Positions 28,982 to 39,423 of a stretch of 64,000 nt of DNA are shown piece after piece. The stretch lies in the IMG/VR virus record IMGVR_UViG_3300029258_001887. One strand, given 5' to 3'. Position 1 is the first letter of the stretch. Each line of letters opens with the position of its first letter. Below the pieces are notes generated by a model. It searched no databases, had not been told where the DNA came from, and worked only from the letters and a program-made list of their open reading frames with translations. Both the position numbers and the translations under genes were made by a program. The stretch comes from a virus.

Positions 28982-29995
28982 CTAACTATCCTTTGGCATT
29001 GTTTCGCTGAGAGATAGTGGGCTCACCACAACGTACTTCACAGCAGACCGTAGTTGGTCAAGATTCTCAGCGCCACCCATCGCAAGACCAGACCTGATTC
29101 CCTTGATGTACTCGCCCACGACTTCTTCTGTCTGGCCTCTGTCCCCCATCTCGATCTCGACACCCTCTGGGGCAATGTCTGGCCTACCGGAAACGGCACG
29201 ACTGCTCATTCCACGGTACATCTTACGACCGTCAATACGGGGGGTCGCATTCGTTCCAGCCAACATGTACCCGATCATACACGCATCAGCGCCAGCCCAA
29301 AGAGCCTTGACCATATCTCCGCTGGTTCTAAGTCCACCATCAGCGATAATAGAAATGCCGCCATATCCAGCTTCTAGAGACTGGTATGCTTCTTGGATGG
29401 CTGCTAGCTGTGGATAACCAAACCCAGTGACTAGTCTGGTAGTACAAGCTGCTCCAGGGCCGATGCCGACCTTAATGGCATCCACACCATGATCTGCGAA
29501 TTTGCGGGTGGCCTCTGGGGTACACACGTTGCCAGCCATAATGATGAAGTGGTGGTGATCTTTCAGTCCTACCAAAATCTTGATGGCTTCATACATCTTT
29601 TCGTGATCGCCATGAGCCACATCCAGACAGATGACGTTGCATCCAGCGTTGAGTAGTAGCTGTGCCTTTTGGCCTACGTCCCCCTTGATGCCGATTGCAC
29701 ACCCAATGTTGTTTGCCCCTTGGTTGCGAGCCCAATGGATTTCGCGTATTTGTCTACCCATCTCTTCGTCTGGGTCAAGATTGATGTGACGGCTGAGGAT
29801 ACCGAGACCGCCGATCTTGTCCATGACTACGAGCATATACTTCCCGGTAATCGAATCCATTGGGGCGGAGATAAGTGGAGACCTCAACTCCAATTTGCCA
29901 AGATGCGTTGACACATCCGGCACTGTCCGCGAGTCCAGTTTGGAGTATTGCGGGACGAGCAAGATGTCGTTGAAACACAGCTTTCGATCCTGCAT
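28982..29995 (-). CDS. IMP dehydrogenase / GMP reductase (no CBS domains)
   Basis: F.DILLVP, SAPMD, DVAHG, AGNV, KVGIGPGAACTTR, IADGG, YRGMSS. Confidence 0.9.
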   Translation of the reverse strand: MQDRKLCFNDILLVPQYSKLDSRTVPDVSTHLGKLELRSPLISAPMDSITGKYMLVVMDKIGGLGILSRHINLDPDEEMGRQIREIHWARNQGANNIGCAIGIKGDVGQKAQLLLNAGCNVICLDVAHGDHEKMYEAIKILVGLKDHHHFIIMAGNVCTPEATRKFADHGVDAIKVGIGPGAACTTRLVTGFGYPQLAAIQEAYQSLEAGYGGISIIADGGLRTSGDMVKALWAGADACMIGYMLAGTNATPRIDGRKMYRGMSSRAVSGRPDIAPEGVEIEMGDRGQTEEVVGEYIKGIRSGLAMGGAENLDQLRSAVKYVVVSPLSLSETMPKDS

Positions 29996-30004
29996 GGGTT
30001 ACTC

Positions 30005-30382
30005 CTATAGTTCGATTCGCCGCACAGACGAATGCTTCCTCTTCTCAGTTGGTTTGGTGATCGGCTTTGGCTTCTTGATCCTGACCTGACTGATTTGCCC
30101 GTCACCATTAGATACAGTCACAGCACCGCACATCATAAAAAACTGAGATGGGCTGATAAGGTCAATACCCATAGACCTGGCCTTCTCAGCTTTGATAGAC
30201 TTACTATTCGCATCAGCGATAACCAGGATGGTGGTCCTGTTGGTGACAGAGTTGGTTACATCTGCGCCAGCGCCGAGTGCGATAGCCTGCATTTCCGACC
30301 GTGGTCTCGGGGACTTACCGGTGAAACAAAAGACAGCTTCTTTCAGCTTGCCGGTGTCTTCGTTGATGAATTTCAAGGCCAT
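30005..30382 (-). CDS. Stand-alone BRCT domain protein
   Basis: FCFTG...R......GA.V..SVT..T.ILV....S.K..KA...GI. Confidence 0.8.
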   Translation of the reverse strand: MALKFINEDTGKLKEAVFCFTGKSPRPRSEMQAIALGAGADVTNSVTNRTTILVIADANSKSIKAEKARSMGIDLISPSQFFMMCGAVTVSNGDGQISQVRIKKPKPITKPTEKRKHSSVRRIEL

Positions 30383-30387
30383 GATCT

Positions 30388-30801
30388 CTACCTATAACCA
30401 GTGACAACGACTCTCTGACGACCACCGGGACATCTTTCTCTGGTGACTGTACGACCACGCGATTCCTGCTCGCGTCGTACTTTATGGAACGCATAATTGC
30501 CTTTGAGTTGTCCGACCCACTGCTCACCATATCGACCTCGATCATACGCAGATATGATTGCTGCGTAGCTTCCTTCGTCATCCTTGACGAACCCAATGTC
30601 GTTAGAAGCACTGCCGACATGCTTCTTTCTGATAATTACGTGTGCAGTCTCAGGGCGCTGATCTCCACGATATCCAAATAGATGCTGAGGAACCTGGTGG
30701 ACTTCAATTTGCTGACGAGTCCACTCACCAGTTTCCATTAGAGCATCTACGAGAGCGGCCTCATCTTTGAATTGGGTTTTGACGGTGCAGTATCTAGACA
30801 T
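30388..30801 (-). CDS. DUF1257 (Ycf35-like) protein
   Basis: MS...VKT..KD...L..AL, DIGF......Y..I...YD. Confidence 0.78.
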   Translation of the reverse strand: MSRYCTVKTQFKDEAALVDALMETGEWTRQQIEVHQVPQHLFGYRGDQRPETAHVIIRKKHVGSASNDIGFVKDDEGSYAAIISAYDRGRYGEQWVGQLKGNYAFHKVRREQESRGRTVTRERCPGGRQRVVVTGYR

Positions 30802-31382
30802 TAGAGTTCTCCACGAGCTTTCAACCACCTCGCCCTTGCGAACGCATTCATCGAACGAAATGTGTCTGCGATAAATTCATCATCGAACTTATCGCAACCA
30901 CAGCCAGGACAGTCGTCGTCGTCGTCATCGTCTTCGTCGTCCGACTCATCCCAACATCCACACGTATCTGGATCGAGACCGCAGTGAATACATTCGTCGT
31001 TGTTACAAAGACAATCTTCCCATGGCTGTTCACACTCTGGACAATAAGTGTCCAGACAATCTTCACACAAGAGTTTGCCATCTACACGATCGCAGCATCC
31101 ACACTGATCACACCCTGCGTTGCCGGTATCTTCTCCGTCGCCATCTAGTTCGACGATACGAACCGGCTTAAGCGCTATAGCGAATTTGGGAACATCACGA
31201 GATGGATCGTGGTTCTCACGCATCTTCCTTAGCTCTGCTGCAACACCGCCGTTAATGCCAGAGTCAAATGTGGTAAAAATCTTGTCGTGTAATTCGATAC
31301 ACCGACCGCCTGCGTAGTATCCGATTCCCCACGCAACTCCAGAGTGGTAACAACCACCCATCTGAATATCATGTTCACACAT
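30801..31382 (-). CDS. Cys/Asp-rich hypothetical protein
   Basis: Multiple CxxC and a poly-Asp tract. Confidence 0.5.
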   Translation of the reverse strand: MCEHDIQMGGCYHSGVAWGIGYYAGGRCIELHDKIFTTFDSGINGGVAAELRKMRENHDPSRDVPKFAIALKPVRIVELDGDGEDTGNAGCDQCGCCDRVDGKLLCEDCLDTYCPECEQPWEDCLCNNDECIHCGLDPDTCGCWDESDDEDDDDDDDCPGCGCDKFDDEFIADTFRSMNAFARARWLKARGEL

Positions 31383-31397
31383 TACGCTTTCTCCAGT

Positions 31398-32408
31398 TTA
31401 CAGTACGACCCGCCTCTTCAATTCACCAATGAACTTACTACCACTTTGACCCTCGGCAGCAGCCTTATTCCTAATGGCTTCGAGTGCCTTCGTGACGCTG
31501 TTCTTGACGGTAGCAGATTCGAAATCCTGCGGCGCAACACCGGCATCCAGGAATGTGTCCCTGAATTCAGTCAACATATTCTCAATTTCTCCGTCGCCAA
31601 AGATGTTCATCGACCGGAAGCGATCGACGTAGTTTCGGAAACAAGAGATTGACTTCGGAGTCAGCCGCTTACTGTCTGTTTCGTCGCCAAATGGTTTCCC
31701 GTTGATTCTGGCGGTCATCAACTCACAGAATCGCACAGTTTCATCACGCATAGCAGTGACATACTCGCCGACGAACTCACCAACTTCGTTCTGCATCTGC
31801 CGACGAAGTTCTGCCTCTTTCTCGTCTTGCACCTTCTGCCGGGCGACCACTTCCTCGGCGCTGGTGGCCTCGATAGACCCCATTCCAGCGATACGGAACG
31901 TGAACCAATCGAACTGGAACCTCTCCCGCAGGGCCTTCGGATTTGGCGGGTAGTGACCCTTTAGACACTTGTCCCAAAATTCTGGGTGTGCTTCCCTGAC
32001 CGTCTTGACAAGATCATCGAACCTGACGATGAAGCTATCGACACGCTGGAAAAACTCTTCCTTGAGCCCAGCAATCTGTTGTTCGACTGTCGGCAGCATC
32101 TTTGCCGGAACGAAGTGGGCGTTGGCAATACCAAACGGCACCGACCACCGTTCAAGCGCCTTACGGGCACGCTGCTCGATCTGTGTAAGGGCCTGGAGTT
32201 CCGACTTCGGAACCATCAGCTTCCTGCCGAGATTGACAATCTCTTCAGGGAGCCTATCAGGATCATACCCCACACGGACCAGATCGTGTCGGGTTAACAT
32301 CTTGCGGCCCGACCACATCTTGATCTTCAGGTTTACCAAACAACCAACTTCAAACAGGTTGATGGCATCCTGATCCGACTTCGGTTTCTGTGCTGTAGCC
32401 GTACTCAT
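31398..32408 (-). CDS. DUF3150-like protein
   Basis: VNL.I..WSGRK.L...D...P.....LG.K; follows the AAA ATPase. Confidence 0.65.
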   Translation of the reverse strand: MSTATAQKPKSDQDAINLFEVGCLVNLKIKMWSGRKMLTRHDLVRVGYDPDRLPEEIVNLGRKLMVPKSELQALTQIEQRARKALERWSVPFGIANAHFVPAKMLPTVEQQIAGLKEEFFQRVDSFIVRFDDLVKTVREAHPEFWDKCLKGHYPPNPKALRERFQFDWFTFRIAGMGSIEATSAEEVVARQKVQDEKEAELRRQMQNEVGEFVGEYVTAMRDETVRFCELMTARINGKPFGDETDSKRLTPKSISCFRNYVDRFRSMNIFGDGEIENMLTEFRDTFLDAGVAPQDFESATVKNSVTKALEAIRNKAAAEGQSGSKFIGELKRRVVL

Positions 32409-32418
32409 GGGTACCTCC

Positions 32419-33978
32419 TTAGCCTAGTGAGACTTTCCTTCCGCCGATCTTGGGTGGCGGACTCTTCTTCGGTGGGTTAGCAGGCTTAGCGTGGCGCTCG
32501 CACCACTGCTTAGTTTCTGCAATACGCTGTGCTTCCGTTTTTGACAACGGAATGATTTCTGGGACAGCACGATCCAGGTGTTTCTGTTCGAGTTGTCCAC
32601 CTTCTGCGAATGCCATCTTGAGACCGAGCTTGATGATTTGCTCAATATCAGCCCCGGTGTATCCATCTGTCGCCTTTGCCATTGCCTCAAGGTCGAACGA
32701 CTTGGGTTTCCTACCTCTCTTAGACAGGTGGATACAGAAGATTTCCTGTCGTTCGGTGATGGTAGGAAGGTCGAGCCCATAGATTTCATCGAAACGACCC
32801 TTACGACAAAACTCCGGTGGTAGCGATTGCACTTGGTTCGCAGTGGCAATCGCATAGACTGGGGAACTTCTGTCGTTTAACCACTTGATGAACGAGCCAA
32901 AGACACGACGGGACGCACCGCCGTCCATGTCTCCCGCACCGCCGAAGCCCTTCTCGATCTCGTCAAGCTGCAACACACATGGGGCTATGCTCTCCAGCAT
33001 CTTGATTGCTTCCCTCATGTTCTTCTCAGACTCGCCAACAAACTTGTCCATCAGATTGCCGACATCCATTGCAATAAGAGGAAGTCCAAGCTCCGACGCT
33101 ATCGCCAGAGACAGCAGTGTCTTACCACAGCCTGGGATACCAACAAGCATAAGACCCCGTGGAAACTCAATGCCGAACTCCCGTGCTTCGTGTGTGAAGC
33201 AGGGCTGGTCGAGCAGAACATGCTGTTTCAATGCGTCGTAACCACCGACTATCGACAATCCGCCCTTCGGCGGTTCTACATATGTCAATAGACCTGATGC
33301 CCTGATTACACCCGCCTTCTCCCTAACGATGGTTCGCACGGCGTCTGGATTCAAGTCCTTGTGCTTTCGCAGTGCCAATGCGACACGATCTACTGTCTGT
33401 TGGGAAGTCATGCCGCGACACGCATCGACGATTTGTGGTATCATATCCTTGTTCGGTTTGAACTTGGTTCCATCCGCCTTGGTAACGTCGCTACACACAA
33501 AGCCGATCCGCTCATTGATCTGATCGTTTCCCGGCAAGGCGAAGTCGATCTGAGTGATGTCATGTAGCAGAGGCTTTGGGACATCGAAGTCTGGCCCGAC
33601 GAAAACGATGGTCTGACGAACAGACGCCACGATACGACGAAGCTCATCCAGCCATCCGATGACGATATCGTAACCTGGGTAGGTTTCGTGTTTCAGATAC
33701 CCACCGAAGTCACGCAACACACAAATGACGCCCTCCGGGAAGTCGAGGATTGCCCGGAGTTGGTCTTCGACTGGGGCCGTTTCCTTGACATCACAAACTG
33801 ACGTGCCCTTCACATCCGTCCACCCCTGAGCGATAGACCAGATGTAGACTTTCCGGTCGGTAGCCTCAGCAACGTCTGCGATCTCGCTGATAGCACGATC
33901 TTTCTCAAAGGTGTCTACGTGCAGCAGAGCGTGACCTGAACAAACATAATCGCAGATATCTGTTTTGAAATCAGACAT
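32419..33978 (-). CDS. Ycf46-like AAA+ ATPase
   Basis: Degenerate N-terminal AAA domain, VGG...LK, GIPGCGKT, VGESE, LDEIEK, RKGRFDE. Confidence 0.88.
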   Translation of the reverse strand: MSDFKTDICDYVCSGHALLHVDTFEKDRAISEIADVAEATDRKVYIWSIAQGWTDVKGTSVCDVKETAPVEDQLRAILDFPEGVICVLRDFGGYLKHETYPGYDIVIGWLDELRRIVASVRQTIVFVGPDFDVPKPLLHDITQIDFALPGNDQINERIGFVCSDVTKADGTKFKPNKDMIPQIVDACRGMTSQQTVDRVALALRKHKDLNPDAVRTIVREKAGVIRASGLLTYVEPPKGGLSIVGGYDALKQHVLLDQPCFTHEAREFGIEFPRGLMLVGIPGCGKTLLSLAIASELGLPLIAMDVGNLMDKFVGESEKNMREAIKMLESIAPCVLQLDEIEKGFGGAGDMDGGASRRVFGSFIKWLNDRSSPVYAIATANQVQSLPPEFCRKGRFDEIYGLDLPTITERQEIFCIHLSKRGRKPKSFDLEAMAKATDGYTGADIEQIIKLGLKMAFAEGGQLEQKHLDRAVPEIIPLSKTEAQRIAETKQWCERHAKPANPPKKSPPPKIGGRKVSLG

Positions 33979-33988
33979 TGACATTCTC

Positions 33989-34261
33989 CTATTTAACGTG
34001 TTTCCAGCTTTGGCCGTTTTTAATTTTTTGGATGGTTGTGCGGCCAACACCGAACAGTTTCCCTATTTCTTTCTGTGTGTGCCCATCGTCTAACATCTCC
34101 CGTATTTGTGGGATCATCTTTTCCGAAAGTTTAGACTGTCCATGACTAGAACCTCGCGTTTCTACCCGACTGCTACCACCGACAATTCTTTTAACTCGTC
34201 CGAAATCAGAAACCTGGTAAACACCTTCATATTGTGGTATATCTTTCCAGGTTTCATTCAT
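33989..34261 (-). CDS. NUMOD4-HTH protein lacking the HNH core (internally deleted homing endonuclease)
   Basis: NUMOD4 start joined directly to the RG..H..SKL HTH tail seen in full-length paralogs. Confidence 0.7.
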   Translation of the reverse strand: MNETWKDIPQYEGVYQVSDFGRVKRIVGGSSRVETRGSSHGQSKLSEKMIPQIREMLDDGHTQKEIGKLFGVGRTTIQKIKNGQSWKHVK

Positions 34262-34536
34262 ATTCTTGTCCCCTTAAACCAAGCGACTTATAAAAAAAAG
34301 AGGCGGCTGTCATTCCTACTCTTCGAGTAGGCAGCGTACCTCAAACAGTTCGTTCCGAGTTGCTGCGACATCGAATCGCAGATCGGTGACCAGGAGCGAA
34401 ACGTGCTCCAACAGAACTTCCATCTCGTCCTCATGCCGTGACGACTTTTTCCTGTTGATCATGCCGTCAGAATCGACATCGGCCCGATCCAGGATAGCTC
34501 TCAGCTTGGCTAGGATTTGCTTCCTGTTCATACCCT

Positions 34537-34564
34537 ATTATACGTTCAACCAAGCTGTTTGTTC
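34537..34564 (-). promoter_or_regulatory. Phage promoter-like motif GAACA-N9-GTT-N3-CGTATAAT
   Basis: Recurrent motif upstream of ORF 34316-34531. Confidence 0.65.
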
Positions 34565-34740
34565 CACAAAAAGCCTAATCTTTTTCAGTGGTGGTTATCG
34601 GAACTACAGCGCCACTCTCGTTCCTGACTAGGCCGATCTTCTTCAGCAGCCTCTTTTCCGTCTTGCAGTCTGCCTCACAAAGCTGTTGCCAATGATCGGC
34701 ACAAACGTCGTGGCCGATATACCCGAATTCGGCGTACTGT

Positions 34741-35499
34741 CTACACCGAGGAAACTCGCACACGTCCATCGTTCAGTTCCCCAGCAAGGATCAGGTTGAT
34801 AATCGGCTGCTTTCGCCGCCGCAAGAACGACCTAATATGCGATTGTGTCATCTCGCTGACTCTGCCGTTCATCGCATCTTGGCGGATCATCTGAAAGACC
34901 AACGATGGGTCTCGGAAGTTGAGATTTCGTATGGCGAAGTAGACCCAGATGAACCCAGGACTCCCGCCGCGCCCGGATGTCTCGGTGAGTACAGCATCCC
35001 ACAGTTTTTTCAGGTGTTGTCGGCTGGTATCTCGTGGCACGGTATGGTTGCGAAATGACTCCCAAGTTCCGACATCATGACCACGCATTGTTTCGACGAT
35101 GAGCTTGAAAAACTGATTGAACCGCCGATCGACGTGTCGCTTCAGCTTCCATATTTCGTCCATCGTGTGTTTTGGTTGGTCGTCGATTGGATTTCCTTCG
35201 GCATCGATCAGCATACCTTCGTAGAACGGAGTGTCCCCGACATGCCACATGTCGTTGGTTTGACTGAGGAAGCAGGGGGAGAACCTGCGGATTCGGTCTT
35301 TGGTAGTCAGGGTATACCACCCTCCGCTGTAGAGACGATACGTGCCGTCGGGGCGGATCATGACTACATCGGTGTCGTGATACCTAACAGCAAAAGCCCG
35401 TCCGCGCTGCTGGAGTCTGGTGTTATTACCAAGACGATATCCCTTTGCCTTGTCTCTGCACCTTTTGAATTTTTGCGCCGCTTCGTTGTGGGTCATCAT
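34741..35499 (-). CDS. Hypothetical phage protein
   Basis: 252-aa ORF with RBS. Confidence 0.6.
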   Translation of the reverse strand: MMTHNEAAQKFKRCRDKAKGYRLGNNTRLQQRGRAFAVRYHDTDVVMIRPDGTYRLYSGGWYTLTTKDRIRRFSPCFLSQTNDMWHVGDTPFYEGMLIDAEGNPIDDQPKHTMDEIWKLKRHVDRRFNQFFKLIVETMRGHDVGTWESFRNHTVPRDTSRQHLKKLWDAVLTETSGRGGSPGFIWVYFAIRNLNFRDPSLVFQMIRQDAMNGRVSEMTQSHIRSFLRRRKQPIINLILAGELNDGRVRVSSV

Positions 35500-35513
35500 T
35501 GTCCCCTACGTAG

Positions 35514-35547
35514 AAAAAACGGGGTCGGGCTTTACACCCGACCCCAC
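35514..35547 (-). terminator. Rho-independent terminator
   Basis: GGGGTCGGG-loop-CCCGACCCC followed by TTTTTT on the minus strand. Confidence 0.8.
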
Positions 35548-35572
35548 ACTCACAACCACAATTCGGCTGTTC

Positions 35573-35860
35573 CTACTCGTCGATCTGGTCCGTCACGAGA
35601 TTGGGGTCCAGGTCGGTCTTACTGACATCGCCGCCATACTGGACATCGCCGCAATCAGACAGGACGTAGCCCATCTTGCGAAGGATGCTCGCACCCTTCC
35701 TCTGGTTGCTGGTGTTCTTCAACTGGTTGGCCATCGCGCCAATGATACCCTTCTGGATCACGAGAATCGTCTCACCAGTCGCGGTGTTGACTTCGATCAC
35801 CTCAAACGCCGGATCGTTCCGAACTTCCTTTCCCTGTTCGACCTGCTGTGTCTGTGACAT
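35573..35860 (-). CDS. Hypothetical protein in its own transcription unit
   Basis: Flanked by a promoter motif and a terminator; AGGAG RBS. Confidence 0.65.
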   Translation of the reverse strand: MSQTQQVEQGKEVRNDPAFEVIEVNTATGETILVIQKGIIGAMANQLKNTSNQRKGASILRKMGYVLSDCGDVQYGGDVSKTDLDPNLVTDQIDE

Positions 35861-35926
35861 CTTTATCGCTCCTGTTCTTTGACAGAACTCTGCAACCGGC
35901 CATACATAACCGGTCCCCTATACCTC

Positions 35927-35954
35927 ATTATACGCCGAACTATCCAGTTTGTTC
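35927..35954 (-). promoter_or_regulatory. Phage promoter-like motif GAACA-N9-GTT-N3-CGTATAAT
   Basis: Recurrent motif. Confidence 0.65.
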
Positions 35955-36146
35955 GATGCATCATCAAAGATTCTCTGTTTTCGTGTCAGCGCTTTCTACC
36001 GCTGAACTGCCAAGAATTCTAGTTCTTCGACCCAATAGCAGCCACGCCGACCGTCGCCCCACTGGACAGAGACGAGCGGGTCTCCCGTATCGTAGCTGAC
36101 TTCCGTTATTTCTCCTGTGCCGAACTTAGGATGTTCGACTATGACA

Positions 36147-36365
36147 TCAGTCTCCATCGTGTGTGCTCCTGATACCGAATCTCGATTTGACCCAGAGCCG
36201 CTCGTGGCAATAATAAAGCAGCACCTTAATAACAAAGTCTGCTGGCCCGAAAATGAGGCCGACCCTCAAATCGCCACTGATTGCCCATACCATCAAAGCG
36301 TTGGCTGTGCTTCCCAACAGACGGTAGCTGACGGCTTTCGCCAGATGCCTTTTTCTCGAAACCAT
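36147..36365 (-). CDS. DUF2061 membrane protein
   Basis: R...KA.SYR, K..LYY.HER.W. Confidence 0.8.
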   Translation of the reverse strand: MVSRKRHLAKAVSYRLLGSTANALMVWAISGDLRVGLIFGPADFVIKVLLYYCHERLWVKSRFGIRSTHDGD

Positions 36366-36408
36366 GATCCCAACTCCGTGGTGTATAACCGGGTAGGAGG
36401 TTGTTGTT

Positions 36409-36630
36409 ATGCGCAAGAGTTTTGCGACACTACTGTTGGCAGTTTGCCTGTTGGTCATCCCGATTTCGGGTTGCGCCATTGGCACTCAGGGAGAGGCAAG
36501 TTGGGAACTGTATGCTGGGTTTCGGACCCGACAACACAGCGAAGAACCTGCCAAGATCACCGTAGAGTCAAGCGTCGTTGACAAGATCGTCGATTCGCTG
36601 ACTGACGGTGAAGTCTCCGAAGCTGAGTGA
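36409..36630 (+). CDS. Small lipoprotein
   Basis: AGGAGG RBS, signal peptide ending ISGC, GGTGTATAA upstream. Confidence 0.7.
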   Translation: MRKSFATLLLAVCLLVIPISGCAIGTQGEASWELYAGFRTRQHSEEPAKITVESSVVDKIVDSLTDGEVSEAE

Positions 36631-38117
36631 AGGGCACTTCTCAAGGTACTGTGGTGGGCTGCCCAGTGGTACTTTGAGATTCCTGGTCTGTGGGACTTGT
36701 TCTAGTTTGTGCGGTTAAACTGCGCGCTATAGCTGTTACCTGTCCCGTCACTTCCACACTTTTCAGTCGAAAGTCGTGACCACTCAAGCTGCCCACAATC
36801 TCATCAACGGCCTCCCTAGCGTCATCTCTAGCGACGACCACATCTTCCTTGTCTTGCCAATCCCCCTGATGAGTCGATGGCCCAGCCTTACGGAGGGTCT
36901 GATACGTTATCCGGTACGCTGTCATTGTCACACTCCCTCTCCGACTTCAGTTGCAGAGTAAGCTCGGCTTCACCGTCATCGACGGCTTTGACGAATTTGA
37001 CCACGAACGCATCTGGCCCACCACACGCCTCACCGGTCATACACTTGAGGCTCATGTGGGTGCGTAGCTCGGCCAAAACCCTGTCACTGACTTTGACGAC
37101 GATTGTTTTCACTGCGCACTCCATCCAGCCGCCCGCACCATCGCGTCGTACTGGTTTTCGTGGACATGAATATACATACCCCCCAAAGGCCGCTTCGGTT
37201 GACCACCGAATATCATCCTGACATCGACCCCAAAGGCTTGCTGATGGTTCAGCACGAGGTTTCCCAGCGCTTCGGCGGGAGACTTGCCTGTACACCACAT
37301 GTCCTTGTTGCCTTCTGACCCAGCCCAGATATCATCCCACATCGGGGCTACGACAATGACTCTTCTGCGTCTGCATGTACTGAATAACCAACGCAGCATA
37401 GGACTACTCCTAGTCCCAATCCAACGGGGACTGACAATCTTGCCTGCCCTGCTCCAGCCATCGCTCGTAATCCCAGGAGTAGATTGCCAAGGTTCCGTCG
37501 TCCAGGATCATACCAGTCTGACCAGTGAACCACGCACCAAACGTCTCAACTTCGGCTGGGGTGTGGTGCATTTCGATCATCTGCATCGTGACGACTCGAC
37601 ACCCATGAGCCTCGATGTATTCGTTTTCGGGGATTCTTCCCATTACAACCTCTCTGACATAGAGACAATCTTCTTCCTGGGGATGGTCTCGACCGGACGG
37701 TCCTCGTAGTATTCTCCGGTCTCCCTATCCTTTTTCATTCCTGCGAAGTACGTGACCGTAACGTTCTCTTTGCTCATAGCAACGATCTTGCACGTCGAAT
37801 AGATCGCGTCCTTCGTTCGTAGAACGACTGTGCTGCCCTTACCGATAGCCATTAGTCCTGATCCTCCAACATCATGCGAAGCTGATCCCGTTCACGACGG
37901 GTGGCTTCTAGGTCAAACGCCATGTACTTCATCACAAGGCGCACGAATTGTAACGATTCTGAGATGTCGCCGACGATCTTCCCTAGTTCCTTCACGGCTG
38001 CGTGTCTTTGAGCCATAGCCGTTAGGACATCGAGATGACTACCTGGACCTTCCTCCAGTTTCGCCATCACCTGCGACATCATCGTCTCGAACTGTTCTTC
38101 GGTCACGTTCTTTTCTC

Positions 38118-38390
38118 CTAGTAGTCAGCCGACAGGTGCAGCTTTTTAATACATTCATTGAGTTTGTCTGGGTCAATACTAAGCACGGGCTGCCTCTTAG
38201 ACGGGAAGAACTCACACTCGAATTCCTTTTGGAAATACCCGTATGGATTTTTGAACGCCGTCTCTTCCCGATTGACACACTCACACTCCCGAGCAGATGT
38301 AAACAGGACTATCTGTCCAGCGCCCTTGCACTCCTGACAGCCAGGATCAGGTTTCCCGTTCGGCATTACGTTAATCCCAGTAGCCGTCAT
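38118..38390 (-). CDS. CxxCxGxG zinc-finger protein
   Basis: PDPGCQECKGAG..VLFTS...CEC. Confidence 0.55.
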   Translation of the reverse strand: MTATGINVMPNGKPDPGCQECKGAGQIVLFTSARECECVNREETAFKNPYGYFQKEFECEFFPSKRQPVLSIDPDKLNECIKKLHLSADY

Positions 38391-38703
38391 ACTCTACGGC
38401 GTTGTATCCTTCGTCATTATCCTTTTCGAATCTCGACAGACACTTACACGGAGAGCTAGACGTGAACAGCGTGATCACCCCCGTCCCCTTGCAATCAGGA
38501 CAGTCTGGATCAGGCTTGACTTCACTATCTGGCACCTCCATGTAGATGCCGACGAGGTTCATGACTTCCAGTTCCGCGACAGACCACGGGCCATCCGCTG
38601 AAGGCCGACCAATTAAACACACGTTCCCGGAGTTCGACTCCATTTCTTCCCGGAATTCACGGGCCTGTGCTCTATCTGCGTTGGCGACCCATTTGCGGTA
38701 CAT
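38371..38703 (-). CDS. CxxCxGxG zinc-finger protein
   Basis: PDPDCPDCKGTG..TLFTS...CKC. Confidence 0.55.
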   Translation of the reverse strand: MYRKWVANADRAQAREFREEMESNSGNVCLIGRPSADGPWSVAELEVMNLVGIYMEVPDSEVKPDPDCPDCKGTGVITLFTSSSPCKCLSRFEKDNDEGYNAVEYDGYWD

Positions 38704-38704
38704 A

Positions 38705-39160
38705 CTACGCCCCCTTGTTCTGTCTTGCCTCCCTTGCCGTCTGTTGTTCCGCTGCCAGCTTGGCTTTCTTGCGGTTATTAACAGCGGTGACAATGGCTGC
38801 TATCAACAGCCCGACGAGGAAGATGGCCAGCGCAACTACGCCGAAGATTGTGAGGACGACAAGGACCAGTGCGGCTGGACCCCACAACGGCGCTGTAATC
38901 CACCACCACGACCAACCCATGACCGCCGTCTCAACGACGCCGACCTTCAAAAGAAGCAGGATGATGAACAGGAGTCCGCAGAATCCGATTCCCTGCTTCG
39001 TGACTACGACTTTCTGGATATTATCCGACATTGGTTTTCTCTCCCGAAAGTAGCTTTCGCATCCAAAAGTGTACACGAATGCCATAGCCACCAAGCACAT
39101 GATGACCATAGCGTCACCCAGGTTTTCCCTGCCGATAAAATCGGCTATTTGCTCCATCAC
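38705..39160 (-). CDS. Membrane protein (WSWWW motif)
   Basis: GF..LL.I..L.LK...WSWWW..APLW; start uncertain (may be ~39031). Confidence 0.6.
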   Translation of the reverse strand: MMEQIADFIGRENLGDAMVIMCLVAMAFVYTFGCESYFRERKPMSDNIQKVVVTKQGIGFCGLLFIILLLLKVGVVETAVMGWSWWWITAPLWGPAALVLVVLTIFGVVALAIFLVGLLIAAIVTAVNNRKKAKLAAEQQTAREARQNKGA

Positions 39161-39423
39161 CCACCGAGCAGAGTGCGCAGGTTGGTTGCAATCGCCGCTG
39201 CACGCTTGACCGACGTGTCGAGGACGCCATCCCGCTGGTTTAGCGATTCGATCTGAGCCCTGATGCCCTCACGTTCAGCCTTGCAGTCGGCAACACCTTC
39301 ATCCAATTCTTCGATCATGGTGGTGAAGCGACCGGCCACTTCGTCGATCAGTTCAATACCACGAGCCTTCTTCTTTCCCATACCTAGCATGTCATCACCT
39401 TTCTTGTTAGGGGCTGTTAAGGA

